Source of the DNA: Acidobacteriota bacterium
GTDB taxonomy: Bacteria > Acidobacteriota > Blastocatellia > RBC074
Direction: 5' to 3'
Assembly: GCA_033763255.1 (NCBI GenBank)
Contig: JANRKX010000024.1
Location: forward strand, 12,835-76,834
DNA: 64,000 bases
The notes beneath the pieces were generated by a model that was given only the letters and a program-made list of their open reading frames with translations, was not told where the DNA came from and searched no databases. Position 1 is the first letter of the stretch. Every line of letters begins with the position of its first letter. Made by a program: the position numbers and the translations under genes. Below, piece after piece: positions 63,730 to 64,000 of the stretch.

Positions 63730-64000
63730 ATGACCAAGTTTCTGCACATTGCCGATGTTCATCTGGGCATTCGCCGCTATCGTTCGGAAGAGCGCGCTTT
63801 GGATTTTTTCCACGCCTGGCGCGATTGCATTGAACGATACGCGCTGGCCGAACAGGTTTCGTTCGTGCTGATTGCCGGAGATTTTTTCGACGCTCGCAAA
63901 GTCGAACCGCAGGCGATGAATCAGGCAATGTTCTGTTTGAAACGGCTTCAGGAAGCAAACATTCCCGTCGTCGCCATCGAAGGCAATCACGATTCGCACG
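63730..64000 (+). CDS. sbcD: SbcD/Mre11-family nuclease (metallophosphoesterase), N-terminal part (3' end outside the window)
   Basis: ATG 63730 gives [13 protein letters not shown]...LIAGDFFD...[11 protein letters not shown], which are calcineurin-like phosphoesterase motifs I-III. The frame is open to the window end, so it is not listed in the ORF track. Confidence 0.85.
   Translation, partial: MTKFLHIADVHLGIRRYRSEERALDFFHAWRDCIERYALAEQVSFVLIAGDFFDARKVEPQAMNQAMFCLKRLQEANIPVVAIEGNHDSH

Overview
This is a 64-kb chromosomal segment with about 50 tightly packed protein genes. I found no rRNA, tRNA or CRISPR array. The gene content suggests a soil Acidobacteriota-like genome, but that is inference only. 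It rests on a roughly 1140-aa CarboxypepD_reg-type TonB-dependent receptor, two CRTAC1/ASPIC-UnbV FG-GAP proteins, orphan MacB/FtsX permeases, and a giant secreted protease with a Solibacter-type (TIGR03437-like) C-terminal domain. The backbone includes: a beta-oxidation operon (hydroxyacyl-CoA dehydrogenase/hydratase, thiolase, acyl-CoA dehydrogenase), gatB, galM, a photolyase operon next to a B12-type MerR regulator, a 1962-aa M36 metalloprotease, a TonB-receptor/CRTAC1/TPR cluster, a tesA-like/ybbA-like pair, radA, a trans-sulfuration enzyme, a PP2C phosphatase, an NtrC-type two-component operon, rsmI, and a 3'-truncated sbcD-like gene. The most interesting items are four. (1) A low-GC two-gene cassette encodes a ComF-type phosphoribosyltransferase and a SLOG/DprA-like protein, wedged between two paralogous MacB-like permease genes (13185-14323). 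It is a candidate minimal ShosTA-like toxin-antitoxin or defence module. (2) A palindromic DNA element (3 x 48-nt tandem copies plus an inverted 30-nt copy) sits in frame inside the M36 protease gene. (3) At least six sequence families of long palindromes occur, each arm built from short tandem units. Most are intergenic, but some are embedded in frame in 5' coding regions. (4) Two VapBC-type TA pairs and a DUF5678/retropepsin fusion are inserted into metabolic operons. All functional calls come from motif recognition by eye, and no database search was run.
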